From Candidatus Bathyarchaeota archaeon (GTDB lineage: Archaea; Thermoproteota; Bathyarchaeia; Bathyarchaeales; Bathycorpusculaceae), in the NCBI GenBank assembly GCA_963815095.1, contig CAWFFH010000003.1:160001-224000 (forward strand): 64,000 bases of DNA, in the 5' to 3' direction. The translations under genes were made by a program, and so were the position numbers. Positions within the stretch are counted from its first letter, which is position 1; every line of letters starts with the position of its first letter. Positions 11,759 to 22,406 of this stretch are shown one piece after another. The notes beneath the pieces are model-generated. The model did not search any database. It saw nothing but the letters and a program-made list of their open reading frames with translations, and had not been told where the DNA came from.

Positions 11759-11899
11759 ATGCCAATGTTCGAATGTTCAGTATGTGGTCGCAAAAAGCGA
11801 GAGGAGTTTGAGATTTCTTGCACTGGTGACATTAAACGGAATTTGGAGAAAGCACCTTGGTGCTGCAGCAAACCCATGAACGAAACCCTCGACGACTAA
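11759..11899 (+). CDS. Small Cys-rich zinc-ribbon-like protein, 46 aa (absent from ORF track)
   Basis: GAGG RBS; MPMFECSVCGRKKREEFEISCTGDIKRNLEKAPWCCSKPMNETLDD (CxxC...PxCCxxPM). Confidence 0.7.
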   Translation: MPMFECSVCGRKKREEFEISCTGDIKRNLEKAPWCCSKPMNETLDD

Positions 11900-12804
11900 C
11901 CAATGAGCAAACCAATGACAAAGCTCAGCAATGGCGCAATTAACCATCCAGCAGCAACTTTTAGAAACGGTTTTGTCGAAACAAGTTTAGTTTTGTAAGA
12001 TAATCCTGTTCCGAAAACTGCTGTAGAAGTTGTTTGGGTAATGGATAGGGGAATGTTGAAGATTGTGGCCACTTCCACCAACACCGTTGAAGTTATTAGT
12101 GTTACAGCCGCGTTTGCGTAACGCATTAAAAAGAATTCTTCCGAAACCCTTCTTATTGCGCCCTCACTGAGGAAAAATGACCCGACGAAAATCGCAGCTA
12201 CTGCAGCTAATTCTGATGCTAAATTAAATCCGCCTGTTGCAACTATCATTCCCAATGTGTTTGCTCCAGTCACATATGCTGTGGTGAATGACGTTACAAT
12301 TAGCGCCAGTTTGTAGACTTGTAAACGATGCCAAAGGTTTGCTGGCCAAGTCCTGTTTAACAAACGGATTAACCCAAAAGCTAAACCAAACGCAATTAAC
12401 GGCACAAGAACCCAGGTCAATACCACTTCACCAACATACAAACCGTCATAAAGTGACTTTCCAGCAAATGAGAGACCAGCCAAAAGTCCTACTAACGCCA
12501 TGCTTAGCGACATAGGTACCCGAATCCTGAAGGCTATTACGAAAACAAGAATCGATACCAGCAACGCTTCAGCCCTAAGAGTAGACGAAGCGTTAGGCAA
12601 TAATGTGCCAACTGAATATATCATGCCTGAACCTTGAACCAAAAGACCAGCGGAAAAACCAGCTGCGCCTACAAGTACCCCGAACCGTTTGGTAACTATT
12701 CTTGACCCTACCGCGGGACCTACACATGCTGACAAGTTGTTGCCTGCAACCAGCATCACCGCCACAAACACTAAAACCACAAGGATAACAGACAACAAAA
12801 GCAT
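11896..12804 (-). CDS. PiT-family inorganic phosphate transporter (divergent)
   Basis: Two repeats with AGNNLSA/TGANTLG and PMSLS/PLSITQ motifs; follows the DUF47 gene. Confidence 0.85.
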   Translation of the reverse strand: MLLLSVILVVLVFVAVMLVAGNNLSACVGPAVGSRIVTKRFGVLVGAAGFSAGLLVQGSGMIYSVGTLLPNASSTLRAEALLVSILVFVIAFRIRVPMSLSMALVGLLAGLSFAGKSLYDGLYVGEVVLTWVLVPLIAFGLAFGLIRLLNRTWPANLWHRLQVYKLALIVTSFTTAYVTGANTLGMIVATGGFNLASELAAVAAIFVGSFFLSEGAIRRVSEEFFLMRYANAAVTLITSTVLVEVATIFNIPLSITQTTSTAVFGTGLSYKTKLVSTKPFLKVAAGWLIAPLLSFVIGLLIG

Positions 12805-12811
12805 TCAGTGA

Positions 12812-13486
12812 TCACTTGAGAATGGATGTTACTATTGACACGATTATGTCGGAGAGGTCTTCGCAACCATCCAAGATGTCGTCGGATTTATGCAGCATTT
12901 CACTGTAGTGAAAGAACTGCAAAAAATGCAGATCAGAAGCTACAGAGTATAGCTTATCAAAGCCTGCATCCTTGATGTCGTCGCCCTGCTCTTCGAGGGT
13001 TTCGATTTCTTTGCGTAACTGCAAAATCTGGGACACGTTGCTGGTGGACAACATTTGCTGCAGTTTAGATAATGTTTGGTCTCCGAGGAGAAGCATTTGC
13101 AAGTAAACGTGCGCCCACTCTGCTTCTGTATGCATCGACGAATCAAAGTTGTTAGCTTTGGCCATGCGAGAAAGTTCCCGGCTCAAATAGAATATTGTGT
13201 CAACTATGTTGTCGGCTATATGCGCACTTTCGATCAGGTTATCAATTAAGTTTGGGCTGATGGCTCCAGCAGTGATGTCTTCGCTTAGCTTGAAGGCAAC
13301 TTCATCTGACTTCTTCTCTAAATCGCGGACGGCAGGTAATTTTTCAATTAATGCTTGTTTGTTTCCGCTGTTGTTGAACATATCTTTTAGGATGGTGTTG
13401 GCTTGGGCAGCGATGAAGAGAATTTGGGATAATTCACCGAAAATGTTTCTTTCCCCAAGGACCAAGATCCCTTTGAAGTTCTTCAA
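12812..13486 (-). CDS. DUF47/PhoU-like phosphate transport regulator
   Basis: LEKKSDE and LEEQGDD repeats, all-helical; co-oriented upstream of PiT. Confidence 0.88.
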   Translation of the reverse strand: MKNFKGILVLGERNIFGELSQILFIAAQANTILKDMFNNSGNKQALIEKLPAVRDLEKKSDEVAFKLSEDITAGAISPNLIDNLIESAHIADNIVDTIFYLSRELSRMAKANNFDSSMHTEAEWAHVYLQMLLLGDQTLSKLQQMLSTSNVSQILQLRKEIETLEEQGDDIKDAGFDKLYSVASDLHFLQFFHYSEMLHKSDDILDGCEDLSDIIVSIVTSILK

Positions 13487-13673
13487 ATAAAAGTCCTCAA
13501 TTCAACTAATTTATTTCTAGGCTGGCTAATATTAACTTTAACTTAATGGCTATGTTGTAGTTTTCAGTGATTCTAACAGGTCTTTGAGAACTTGTTCTGA
13601 TGCCACAACGGCGGTTCCCATGAGTTCGAAGTCGATTTTGGCAATCTCAGTGGCCGATCAGGATACTTTCTTT

Positions 13674-14636
13674 TTAGATAGGCACATGCTTTCTTAGGAA
13701 ACTGCTTTTCATGGAAAGAATAGGCAAAAGTTTCTCCACCGCAATGAAAGCTATTGTCGCGTATGCTATTCCGCCTAAAACATCCACAAAATAGTGCTCA
13801 CCAAGGTAAACTGCGCTAAACCAGGTTCCCACAGGAATCACTATCACTGGAAGTGCCTTCCATTTCCAAATTTTAAAAGCGAAGAGGAAAACTAGCCAAG
13901 GCATAGCTGAATGCATGCTGGGGAAAGCAGCGAATAAGTTTCCACCTAAGAAGTCAAACAATGTTTTGTAAACGGGAAGTCCCAGATTTACATCTACTGA
14001 ACTAGTCAGGACTCTTTCGACTACGGGCCCAGCGTATGAAGAAGTGAATATTGAGTTAAACTGGTACCATGGTGGAGCCACAGGGTAAAAGAGAAAAGTG
14101 ATCAATGCCGAGTAGGTTAGTATGCCGAAGGCAACAATGTATTTCCAGTAGTTCTTAGGGCTTTTTTTCCAAATGATAAACGCGAATATGGTCGGGACAA
14201 AGAAATATATTCCATAGAAAACGGCTCCCATATAATCTAAAACTGGAAACCTAAAAGTCTGTTCCAGAATTAGACTCGGAAGCTTACCGAATAATTGTAT
14301 GTCCAAGTTGCTTGGGGCTGAATGAAGATTGTAAAGAGAAATTGTGCCTACGAAGCTGTACATGATTTCGTAAGAAAGAAACACTGTAACGAATGGCAGC
14401 CAATCTTTTAAGGCGCTCCAAGTTCGTTTATTGTAAGAAGCATAAAACAGGATTCCTAAAACAAGGAATTCTGGTCCAGGAATAACATTGTATTCCACAC
14501 AGAAGATTGTTATTGCTACAACGTAAATTCCTAAAAAGAGAAGAGAAAAGAATCGTGAAGAATGATAATCAAAGCTTAATTCCAGCTTCAATTTTTCAAG
14601 ATTGAGCTTTTTGACCTCTTCTTCTTTCTTCACCAT
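13674..14636 (-). CDS. PAP2-family membrane protein (inositol phosphorylceramide synthase-like)
   Basis: PVAPPW, AAFPSMH and VYLGEHYFVD motifs. Confidence 0.88.
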   Translation of the reverse strand: MVKKEEEVKKLNLEKLKLELSFDYHSSRFFSLLFLGIYVVAITIFCVEYNVIPGPEFLVLGILFYASYNKRTWSALKDWLPFVTVFLSYEIMYSFVGTISLYNLHSAPSNLDIQLFGKLPSLILEQTFRFPVLDYMGAVFYGIYFFVPTIFAFIIWKKSPKNYWKYIVAFGILTYSALITFLFYPVAPPWYQFNSIFTSSYAGPVVERVLTSSVDVNLGLPVYKTLFDFLGGNLFAAFPSMHSAMPWLVFLFAFKIWKWKALPVIVIPVGTWFSAVYLGEHYFVDVLGGIAYATIAFIAVEKLLPILSMKSSFLRKHVPI

Positions 14637-14826
14637 TGCTTGATCTCTCAACTTCCTATATCCTTCTGTTACCCTTTTTAAATGCCTTTTCCCAATTTCT
14701 GCTCAAAATTGAAGTTCAACACGATGAGAGTTTGCCCAGTATACTACGTAGGTATATTGAACAAGAAACTTTAGATATGGTGAAAAACTTTAAAGACCTT
14801 TAAAAACCTATAAAGCCTGTGGAAAA

Positions 14827-15147
14827 ATGGAAAAGGTTTGGGATGAATTAAAAAAGATCGAAGCACACGCAGAGCAAATCAAGAACGATGCTCATGATAG
14901 AGCAAAACAGATGGCTCTTCTGGCAAAGCAGGACGCCATAAAACTGATAGAAAACAGTAAAGCGTATGGTGAGGCTGAGTCACAGAGGCTTCACTCGAAG
15001 ACTTTAGAGGAAGCTAATCATAACCGTGATGAACAGTTAAATTCTAATGAAGAAACCGTGGCGAACCTGAAGTCAAAAGCTGAAAAACGCATCGATAAAG
15101 CGGTGGTAGTGGTTGTGAATGCTGTCCTTGAGGATTCTGCACCTTGA
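14827..15147 (+). CDS. atpH: A/V-type ATP synthase subunit H/G (peripheral stalk)
   Basis: Charged coiled coil of about 106 aa heading the ATPase cluster and overlapping the subunit C start. Confidence 0.7.
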   Translation: MEKVWDELKKIEAHAEQIKNDAHDRAKQMALLAKQDAIKLIENSKAYGEAESQRLHSKTLEEANHNRDEQLNSNEETVANLKSKAEKRIDKAVVVVVNAVLEDSAP

Positions 15148-16196
15148 CTCAGACCACAAAGTATGCTTCTGTTTTAGCTAAAATCGGCGCTGAAAGAAGT
15201 AAACTTATCGATGAAGCCAAACTTAAAGCGCTTGCAGAAAGCAAAAGTCTGGTTGAATTTGCCGCTCAACTTCGAGATACAAGTTACCAAGAAGAAATCG
15301 CCAAATTATCTCTGCCACTAACAAGCCGCAAACTTGAAAGAGCATTCAACCAAAACCTAATTGAAACCTACATAAAAATAATCAAGTATTCCCCTAAAAG
15401 AACGGGAAAATATCTTAAGCTGTATCTATTACGTTTCGAAAATGAGAATTTAAAAGCGCTTATGAAAGCTACAACCACCAAGTTGGCTCCTGAGCAAAAA
15501 GGCGCAAAAGTTTACTTTTCTGTAGAGGATTACTTTAAAAGACGTGTAATAATTGAAGAAGCCATTAAAGCTTCTACTCCAGCCCAAATGATTCATGCTT
15601 TGAAAGGCACTGAATACTTTTTACCCATGAGTTTGGGACTGAAAAACTATGAAGAAAACGCCTCAACCGCCTCTTTTGATGTGTTTATGGACAGGTCTTT
15701 TTACGAGGAACTATACCAAGGCTACATGAGCCTTGCCAAAAAAGATCAGGTGCATGCGAATTTTTATGCAAGCATAGAAAACGACAGCTTCGCGTTGTTA
15801 ACGTTGTTGCGGGGTAAAGCATTGAATTATGAAGCCAATTACTTGCGGTTGTTGATTCCTCAGAATTTCATAAACCTTAATGAATCAATGGTAGAGGCTT
15901 TGGTATCCTCGATAGATTTTGAGTCAGCTCTTAAAATAGTTCTTGAAGGCCCTTATGCCAAGTTCTTTGTTAAGGCGCAAACTTCAGCTGAGACGATTGC
16001 AGCCGCTGAAAAAATCTTTAAAAAAGCTGTGTTTCAACATGCTAAATTAAGTACAATCAGCGAAATTTTCAACATTGGGGCGCCGCTTGCATTTTTAACT
16101 CAAAAAGAAGCGGAAGTCCATAACCTTGCAAACATAAGCATTGGATTAGATTTTGGTATGAAACCAGACGATATGCGCAGTTTATTTTTACTTTAA
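15144..16196 (+). CDS. atpC: A/V-type ATP synthase subunit C (V0D/AC39)
   Basis: YASVLAKIGAERSKL N-terminus, ENLKAL, KEAEVHNL; 350 aa; operon context. Confidence 0.88.
   Translation: MTQTTKYASVLAKIGAERSKLIDEAKLKALAESKSLVEFAAQLRDTSYQEEIAKLSLPLTSRKLERAFNQNLIETYIKIIKYSPKRTGKYLKLYLLRFENENLKALMKATTTKLAPEQKGAKVYFSVEDYFKRRVIIEEAIKASTPAQMIHALKGTEYFLPMSLGLKNYEENASTASFDVFMDRSFYEELYQGYMSLAKKDQVHANFYASIENDSFALLTLLRGKALNYEANYLRLLIPQNFINLNESMVEALVSSIDFESALKIVLEGPYAKFFVKAQTSAETIAAAEKIFKKAVFQHAKLSTISEIFNIGAPLAFLTQKEAEVHNLANISIGLDFGMKPDDMRSLFLL
16190..16196. repeat. Left 7-bp inverted repeat ACTTTAA bounding inverted atpI
   Basis: Exact reverse complement of TTAAAGT at 18254-18260; contains the stop codons of both atpC and atpI. 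Confidence 0.7.
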
Positions 16197-18253
16197 TTCT
16201 CTATTTTTGTTTTCTTTAGTTTAAGTTTTGTATGCAGGAAGTTTTGTTTGAATGGATAAAATTCTACGCCGGTGCCAGCATAGAATTTGCTGAACCACTC
16301 GTAGAAGTGCAATCTTAAAGTGTGGATGAAAACGATTAAGCCCTCGAGTGCCAACACAAAAATATTTCCGAACACTATGACAAAGCCAGCTAAAACAAAA
16401 GTTAATAATGAAGTAGCTCCAGCAGGATTTACCAGATCTGCGACGGTGTAGGTTACCAGAAGCAGTGCCCAGTGAGCCATGAGCAACGCAAGAATACGGC
16501 TGTAGGATATGGTGTTGCTGAGTAAGCGAGTTACCAAGTCTCCTCCTTCAAAGAGTCTACCGGATAAGGTGTCCTGTTCGACATGTTCGCCACCATGAGG
16601 CGCCGCGGGTTTTGCAACTTTCAAATAAATCGGTTTTCCCACTACAAGAACAACAAAAGATAATAAAGGCCAAAGAATAGGTCCGCTAAGCCAGGCGCCA
16701 AAATTTAATTGATAGACTGCAATTAGATAGACTCCACCAACATAGAAAGCAATTTTCGGGACTGATGTTAAGAGGGCATCAGCATATTGGTGTTTTAAGG
16801 CAAAGTTAGTCATTTCTAAAACAATGCCACTGATTATCTGTATTACGCCAACGACTAATGTAAATATTATGAAGGTAAACACGTTTACAGAGGGGTTTTC
16901 AGTTGGGTTAATCCACAGTGGTCCCCATGGTAGTGGCTGCCCGAAAGCTTCACCGAACACTAAACCTGCAACACTTGCGCCCAGACCGCAAGCCGCCATA
17001 ATATAGCAGACATTTTTCATCGCTTTGTTACCCTTGATTAGTAACCCAACTGTTAACCCGCCGAGCAGCAAAACTAATCCGTGTCCAAGGTCGCCGAACA
17101 TTAACCCGAAAATAATCGGGAAAGTTATCGCCATTATAGGTGTGGGATCTACTTCGTCATAATGGGGTAAACCGTAGAGTTTGGTGAGTTCTTCGAAGGG
17201 TCTGACAAACCTATTGTGGTTTATCATTGTCGGAGGATCAGCCGATTCGGGAACTTCATTTTTCAAAACTAAAACTTTTCCTTCCAACATTCCTGTAACT
17301 TTTTCGTTGAGTTCTTGGAATTTTTTTTTTGGGACAAATCCTTGAACTGTTGCGAGGTGACCTGATTGGAGTATTTTTCTTTCAGCTTGAAGAAGAGTAA
17401 GGATGTTTTCTGAAGTTTCTTTTAGTGAGACAATATTGTTTTTGTTTTCTTCGCCTAGTTTATTTAATGAATTGCTGACAGCTTCTTCTTTTGCCATATT
17501 TTCCTTTATTTGTTTGTTAACTTCTATAAGCGCTAACGTTACATCGTGCGGTAATTCTTTAGGGATGTGAAAGATTTCGGCATGATAGACCCTTAGGATT
17601 TTCTCGGTTTCTGTTTGATATTTAGCTGGGAGAGCTAAACACACGAATATAATTTCTTTAGTTATAGAACAACGATTAATGAAAACTGGGTATCCTGCAA
17701 GGGCAGTTTCTAATACAGAAAAATTTTTTGTTGGTACACTTGCGACTGCAACATAAATTAGTTTTAAATCTTCAATTGCAGCAAGGTCTGCATCCATGAT
17801 TTTGAGCCTTTCCAATATGTTTTTGATGTGATTTAATTGTTCGGTCTTTTCTTGCAGGCTAGAAAGTTCTTTGTTGAGGTCGTCCGTTTCTTTTTTCAGA
17901 GTTAAAATTTTTTGGTTTGTATCTTCCAAAAGTGTTTGCCAATTCTCAGCTGTAACCTGAGTTTTAGTCATCTGTTGTAGTTTAAAAATGCTGAAAAGGC
18001 TTGATTTTTCTTTTATGAGCTGATTAGTTAAATTGTTGAGGTCAGCAAGCGAACCTTCGACGCTTTGGATCCTTTGATTGTAATCATTTAAATCTGAGTT
18101 GTCTTGAGCCGTCTGTTCAATATGGAATTCTCCGAAGGTACTGAGTGCCTCCAAAACTTGCTCCACGTCTTTCTTAACGCAGATTATCGATGTAGAGGTC
18201 ATTCTTTCTGGTCGCAACATTTTTAACAGAATGTTTGATTTACCACCAAACAT
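16193..18253 (-). CDS. atpI: A/V-type ATP synthase subunit I (a), on the opposite strand to the rest of the cluster
   Basis: YGLPHYDEVDPT, FGLMFGDLGHG, essential Arg in SYSRILAL, HTLRLHFYEWFSKFY; start may be at 18220 (MLRPERM). Confidence 0.95.
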   Translation of the reverse strand: MFGGKSNILLKMLRPERMTSTSIICVKKDVEQVLEALSTFGEFHIEQTAQDNSDLNDYNQRIQSVEGSLADLNNLTNQLIKEKSSLFSIFKLQQMTKTQVTAENWQTLLEDTNQKILTLKKETDDLNKELSSLQEKTEQLNHIKNILERLKIMDADLAAIEDLKLIYVAVASVPTKNFSVLETALAGYPVFINRCSITKEIIFVCLALPAKYQTETEKILRVYHAEIFHIPKELPHDVTLALIEVNKQIKENMAKEEAVSNSLNKLGEENKNNIVSLKETSENILTLLQAERKILQSGHLATVQGFVPKKKFQELNEKVTGMLEGKVLVLKNEVPESADPPTMINHNRFVRPFEELTKLYGLPHYDEVDPTPIMAITFPIIFGLMFGDLGHGLVLLLGGLTVGLLIKGNKAMKNVCYIMAACGLGASVAGLVFGEAFGQPLPWGPLWINPTENPSVNVFTFIIFTLVVGVIQIISGIVLEMTNFALKHQYADALLTSVPKIAFYVGGVYLIAVYQLNFGAWLSGPILWPLLSFVVLVVGKPIYLKVAKPAAPHGGEHVEQDTLSGRLFEGGDLVTRLLSNTISYSRILALLMAHWALLLVTYTVADLVNPAGATSLLTFVLAGFVIVFGNIFVLALEGLIVFIHTLRLHFYEWFSKFYAGTGVEFYPFKQNFLHTKLKLKKTKIEN

Positions 18254-18260
18254 TTAAAGT
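18254..18260. repeat. Right 7-bp inverted repeat TTAAAGT bounding inverted atpI
   Basis: Immediately adjacent to the atpI ATG; reverse complement of 16190-16196. Confidence 0.7.
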
Positions 18261-18276
18261 TATATTTGGCGATGAA

Positions 18277-18585
18277 ATGATTGGCTACGTAATTGGAGAC
18301 ACTGACATGATCACTGGTTTTAGACTTGTTGGTGTTGAAGGCACCGAAGTCTCCACGGATGAAGAGGCGGCACAAGCCCTGCAAAAAGGACTTGCACGAA
18401 GCGACATCGGTGTAATAATTATTAGTGAATCATTCTCAAACGGTCCCTTGATGCGGGAAGAGATTGATAGAATTCGTCAGGAACGAATAACACCTCTAAT
18501 CGTGCAGCTTCCTGGAAGCAAAGGTTCCGCTAACAAAACGCAACTATCTGACATTGTCAGCAAAATTTTAGGAATCAAAATATAG
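18277..18585 (+). CDS. atpF: A/V-type ATP synthase subunit F
   Basis: VIGDTDMITGFRLVGV signature; start moved to MIGYV. Confidence 0.93.
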   Translation: MIGYVIGDTDMITGFRLVGVEGTEVSTDEEAAQALQKGLARSDIGVIIISESFSNGPLMREEIDRIRQERITPLIVQLPGSKGSANKTQLSDIVSKILGIKI

Positions 18586-18597
18586 TGATGAATTAGC

Positions 18598-19218
18598 ATG
18601 AGCATTAAAGATGGCATTTCAGCGATTGCAAAAGATGTCGTGGGCGATGTGCAGAAAGAAGCGGAAGCTTTGATTTTGGCTGCGGAACAAGAAGCGAAAG
18701 CAACTTTGAAGAAAGCTAAAACCCAGGCAGATCAAAACTACAAAGCAATAATGACCCAGGCTGAGGCTAACGCAGAAGCTGAAAAGCGGAAAATTGCTTC
18801 TGTAACTGAAGTTGAAATAAGGAATCGGTTGCTTCAAACAAAAGAAGATTTAGTCGATATTGCTTTCGAGAAATCTATAGATAAACTAAAGGCTTTTGTG
18901 GTATCTGAGGGATACCACGATTATTTGTTTAAGAACATCCAATATGCCGCTGAAAGGATAGGTCAAAAAAAACTAATCATACAGGTAAACGCTAAAGACA
19001 AAGATTGGTTAACCCAAGATAGCCTGAAACGTTTATCTAAGAAGTTACATTGTGAATTGGAACTGTCCGAAAAAACCGGAGATTTTCTGGGTGGATGCAT
19101 AATCCAAACTGACGATGGAAAAATAATCTGTGACGTCACTTTGGATAATCGTTTGCAAGAACTTAAACCAGTTTTACGCGTTGAAATAGCAAAAACATTG
19201 TTTGGAGAGTCTGTTTAG
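18598..19218 (+). CDS. atpE: A/V-type ATP synthase subunit E
   Basis: N-terminal coiled coil; LGGCII...DVTLDNRL. Confidence 0.93.
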   Translation: MSIKDGISAIAKDVVGDVQKEAEALILAAEQEAKATLKKAKTQADQNYKAIMTQAEANAEAEKRKIASVTEVEIRNRLLQTKEDLVDIAFEKSIDKLKAFVVSEGYHDYLFKNIQYAAERIGQKKLIIQVNAKDKDWLTQDSLKRLSKKLHCELELSEKTGDFLGGCIIQTDDGKIICDVTLDNRLQELKPVLRVEIAKTLFGESV

Positions 19219-19220
19219 AA

Positions 19221-20990
19221 ATGCCAGTTAAAGGAAGCGTAATCAGAGTTGCTGGACCAGTAGTCGAAGCTAAAGGCATGGCGCAGGCAGTCATGCATGA
19301 AATGGTCGAAGTGGGTAACGACTGCTTAATCGGAGAAATTATCCGTTTAGAAGGCGACCAGGCAACAATTCAAGTATACCAGAACACATCTGGACTCAAA
19401 CTCGATGAACCTGTTTTAGGCACAGGAAGCCCTCTCTCAGTGGAGCTTGCTCCAGGAATCGTAGGCAACGTTTTTGATGGCATTCAAAGACCTCTTGAAG
19501 AACTAAGAGAGCTCACAGGCGCCTTCATTAAGCAAGTAGCGGGAGTGACAAGTCTTTCCCGATCTAAGAAATGGACTTTTGTACCGACGGCGAAAGTTGA
19601 AGCTAAACTCGTAGGGGGCGACATACTCGGGGTTGTACAGGAAACCGCGCTCTTTGAACATCGAATAATAGTTCCTGTTAATGTTCAAGGCAAACTTACA
19701 AAGATTGCACTAAAAGGCGACTATACAATTACAGAAACAATCGCCACCATTGAATCAAACGGAGCCAAAATTGACTTGCCTATGCTTCAGAGGTGGCCCG
19801 TCAGAGAACCACGCCCCCACAAAAGAAGGCTAGCAGCGAGTTCCCCTTTAATTACCGGGCAACGTGTAATTGACACTTTTTTCCCGGTTGCTAAAGGCGG
19901 AAGCGCCTCTATTCCTGGTCCCTTCGGCTCAGGAAAAACCGTAACTCAGCAGCAACTTGCAAAATGGTCAGATGCCAATGTTGTTATTTACGTGGGTTGT
20001 GGTGAACGAGGTAACGAAATGGTCGATGTACTTGATAGTTTCCCCAAGTTAATTGACCCAACATCTGGACATCCACTCATGGAGAGAACAGTCCTTGTAG
20101 CTAACACGAGCAACATGCCTGTCTCTGCCCGCGAAGCCAGCATCTACACCGGTATTACCCTCGCCGAATACTTCCGCGACATGGGTTACGCAGTCGCGTT
20201 GATGGCGGACTCCACAAGCAGATGGGCAGAAGCACTTCGAGAAGTTTCCGGCCGTCTTGAAGAAATGCCCGCGGAAGAAGGCTTTCCAAGTTATTTGCCC
20301 TCACGTCTCGCAGAATTCTATGAACGCACAGGCGTGGTTGAAACCTTAGGATCAGACAAACGCGTTGGTTCCATCTGCGCTATTGGAGCTGTTTCCCCTC
20401 CAGGTGGCGATTTTTCAGAGCCAGTCACTCAACACACAAAACGTTTTACTCGAGTCTTCTGGGCACTTGACGCTGAACTTGCAGCCGCAAGACATTATCC
20501 TTCAATCAACTGGATGTCAAGCTATAGCGGTTACATCAAAGACCTCACTGAGTGGTGGCATAAAGAAGTTGATAAAAACTGGAACAGCTACCGAGAAGAA
20601 GCCATGCGTATATTGCAGGCTGAAGATGACCTAAAAAACATCGTAAAACTCGTCGGTCCGGAAGCATTACCCGTTAAACAACGCTTAATATTAGAAACCG
20701 CCAGAATCATCCGTATTGCGTTCCTGCAACAGAACGCGTTAGATGCTATCGACACTTACAGTTCTCCACAGAAACAGTTCAAGATGATAAAGATAATTGT
20801 TGACTACCATCGATTAGCAGATAATGTGGTAAGCAAAGGTGCACCAATCTTCAAAGTTACAGAATTGCCGATAACGGAGGAAATTATGCGTATGAAAACC
20901 TCGATACCCAACGATAAAAGCGAGATGTTAGATGATTTAGAGAAGCGAATGTATGAAAGTTTCGGAAAATTAGAGGCAACCTTGAGGTAA
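19221..20990 (+). CDS. atpA: A/V-type ATP synthase subunit A (catalytic)
   Basis: P-loop [31 protein letters not shown]; 589 aa, no intein. Confidence 0.98.
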   Translation: MPVKGSVIRVAGPVVEAKGMAQAVMHEMVEVGNDCLIGEIIRLEGDQATIQVYQNTSGLKLDEPVLGTGSPLSVELAPGIVGNVFDGIQRPLEELRELTGAFIKQVAGVTSLSRSKKWTFVPTAKVEAKLVGGDILGVVQETALFEHRIIVPVNVQGKLTKIALKGDYTITETIATIESNGAKIDLPMLQRWPVREPRPHKRRLAASSPLITGQRVIDTFFPVAKGGSASIPGPFGSGKTVTQQQLAKWSDANVVIYVGCGERGNEMVDVLDSFPKLIDPTSGHPLMERTVLVANTSNMPVSAREASIYTGITLAEYFRDMGYAVALMADSTSRWAEALREVSGRLEEMPAEEGFPSYLPSRLAEFYERTGVVETLGSDKRVGSICAIGAVSPPGGDFSEPVTQHTKRFTRVFWALDAELAAARHYPSINWMSSYSGYIKDLTEWWHKEVDKNWNSYREEAMRILQAEDDLKNIVKLVGPEALPVKQRLILETARIIRIAFLQQNALDAIDTYSSPQKQFKMIKIIVDYHRLADNVVSKGAPIFKVTELPITEEIMRMKTSIPNDKSEMLDDLEKRMYESFGKLEATLR

Positions 20991-20994
20991 TACA

Positions 20995-22401
20995 ATGGCA
21001 TCAAAAACTGGTTCAGGATTGGAATACAAAGGCGTTGCTTCAATTTCAGGACCAATCATAGTAGTAGAAAACGTTCAGAACGTAGGCTACGATGAATTGG
21101 TCGCGGTTAGAACTAAACAAGGCGAAATACGCCTAGGCAAAGTTATCCAAATCACCCAGAAAGCCGTCACAGTACAGGTATTCGAGGGCACGACTGGCTT
21201 ATCGCCATCAGAAACGCGCACACGTTTTCTCGGGCATTCTTTGGAGGTACCAGTATCCACAGAAATGCTTGGACGCGTTATGAACAGCTTCGGCGAACCC
21301 ATTGATGGTCATCCACGTTTCTTTACAGAAGAAAAACGTGATGTCAACGGCTTCCCTCTAAACCCAGTAGCCCGAGAGTATCCCAAAGAATTCATCCAAA
21401 CAGGCATATCTGCTATAGACGGATTAGCCAGTCTTGTCCGTGGACAGAAACTTCCAGTTTTCAGTGGTCCAGGTCTAGCTCATAATGAGCTTGCAGCCCA
21501 AATTGTTAGGCAAGCCCAAATTCGCAGTGGCGGAGAAGATTTCTCTATAGTTTTCATAGCTATGGGTTTGGAACATGACGATGCTGCCTTTTTCCGCAAA
21601 AGCTTCGAGGAGACAGGAGCCATAAAAAATGTTGCTATGTTCCTCAATTTAGCTGAAGACCCCCCGGTGGAACGCATTATTACTCCGAGGGCTGGCTTGA
21701 CTTTAGCCGAGTACTTGGCGTATGAGCAAGATACTCATGTACTAGTTCTCTTAACCGACATGACAAACTACTGTGAGGCTCTACGGGAAGTTAGTGCTTC
21801 AATGGAAGAAGTGCCCAGCAGAAAAGGTTACCCGGGTTATATGTACAGTGACTTAGCAAGCATATATGAGCGGGCAGGCAGAATTCACGGCAAAAAAGGC
21901 TCTATTACGCAGATGCCCATTTTAACTATGCCAAACGACGATATCACTCACCCAATTCCCGACCTTACTGGATACATTACGGAAGGGCAAATAGTTTTAT
22001 CCCGCTCACTCGAGAAACAAGGCATTTACCCCCCAATTTACGTGTCCACAAGTCTATCTCGACTAATGAAAGACGGAATTGGCAAAGACAGCACCCGAGA
22101 AGACCATGCCAACGTTGCAAGCCAACTTTATTCCGCATACGCCCAATACAACTCAGTAAAATCACTAGTAACTATCATCGGCGAGGAAGGTTTAGGTCAA
22201 AAAGACAGAGAATACTTGCGTTTTGGCGAAGCCTTCGAGAAAACACTTGTCAACCAAGGCAGGGAAGAAAACCGCACTATTGAACAGACACTTTCAATTG
22301 CTTGGGATGCGCTATCCTTGTTACCCGACGAAGAATTAACCAGCGTAAAGCCTGAGTACATAACAAAGTATTATCCAAAATTTGCGAGCGAGGTCAAGTA
22401 A
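20995..22401 (+). CDS. atpB: A/V-type ATP synthase subunit B
   Basis: [42 protein letters not shown]. Confidence 0.98.
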   Translation: MASKTGSGLEYKGVASISGPIIVVENVQNVGYDELVAVRTKQGEIRLGKVIQITQKAVTVQVFEGTTGLSPSETRTRFLGHSLEVPVSTEMLGRVMNSFGEPIDGHPRFFTEEKRDVNGFPLNPVAREYPKEFIQTGISAIDGLASLVRGQKLPVFSGPGLAHNELAAQIVRQAQIRSGGEDFSIVFIAMGLEHDDAAFFRKSFEETGAIKNVAMFLNLAEDPPVERIITPRAGLTLAEYLAYEQDTHVLVLLTDMTNYCEALREVSASMEEVPSRKGYPGYMYSDLASIYERAGRIHGKKGSITQMPILTMPNDDITHPIPDLTGYITEGQIVLSRSLEKQGIYPPIYVSTSLSRLMKDGIGKDSTREDHANVASQLYSAYAQYNSVKSLVTIIGEEGLGQKDREYLRFGEAFEKTLVNQGREENRTIEQTLSIAWDALSLLPDEELTSVKPEYITKYYPKFASEVK

Positions 22402-22406
22402 CAAAA

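Noticed and set aside
13555-13672. Protein-like minus-strand fragment (TEIAKIDFELMGTAVVASEQVLKDLLESLK)
   Set aside because: No convincing start or recognisable family; at most a gene remnant
19221-20990. Intein in atpA
   Set aside because: P-loop GKT continues directly into VTQQQ; length is normal
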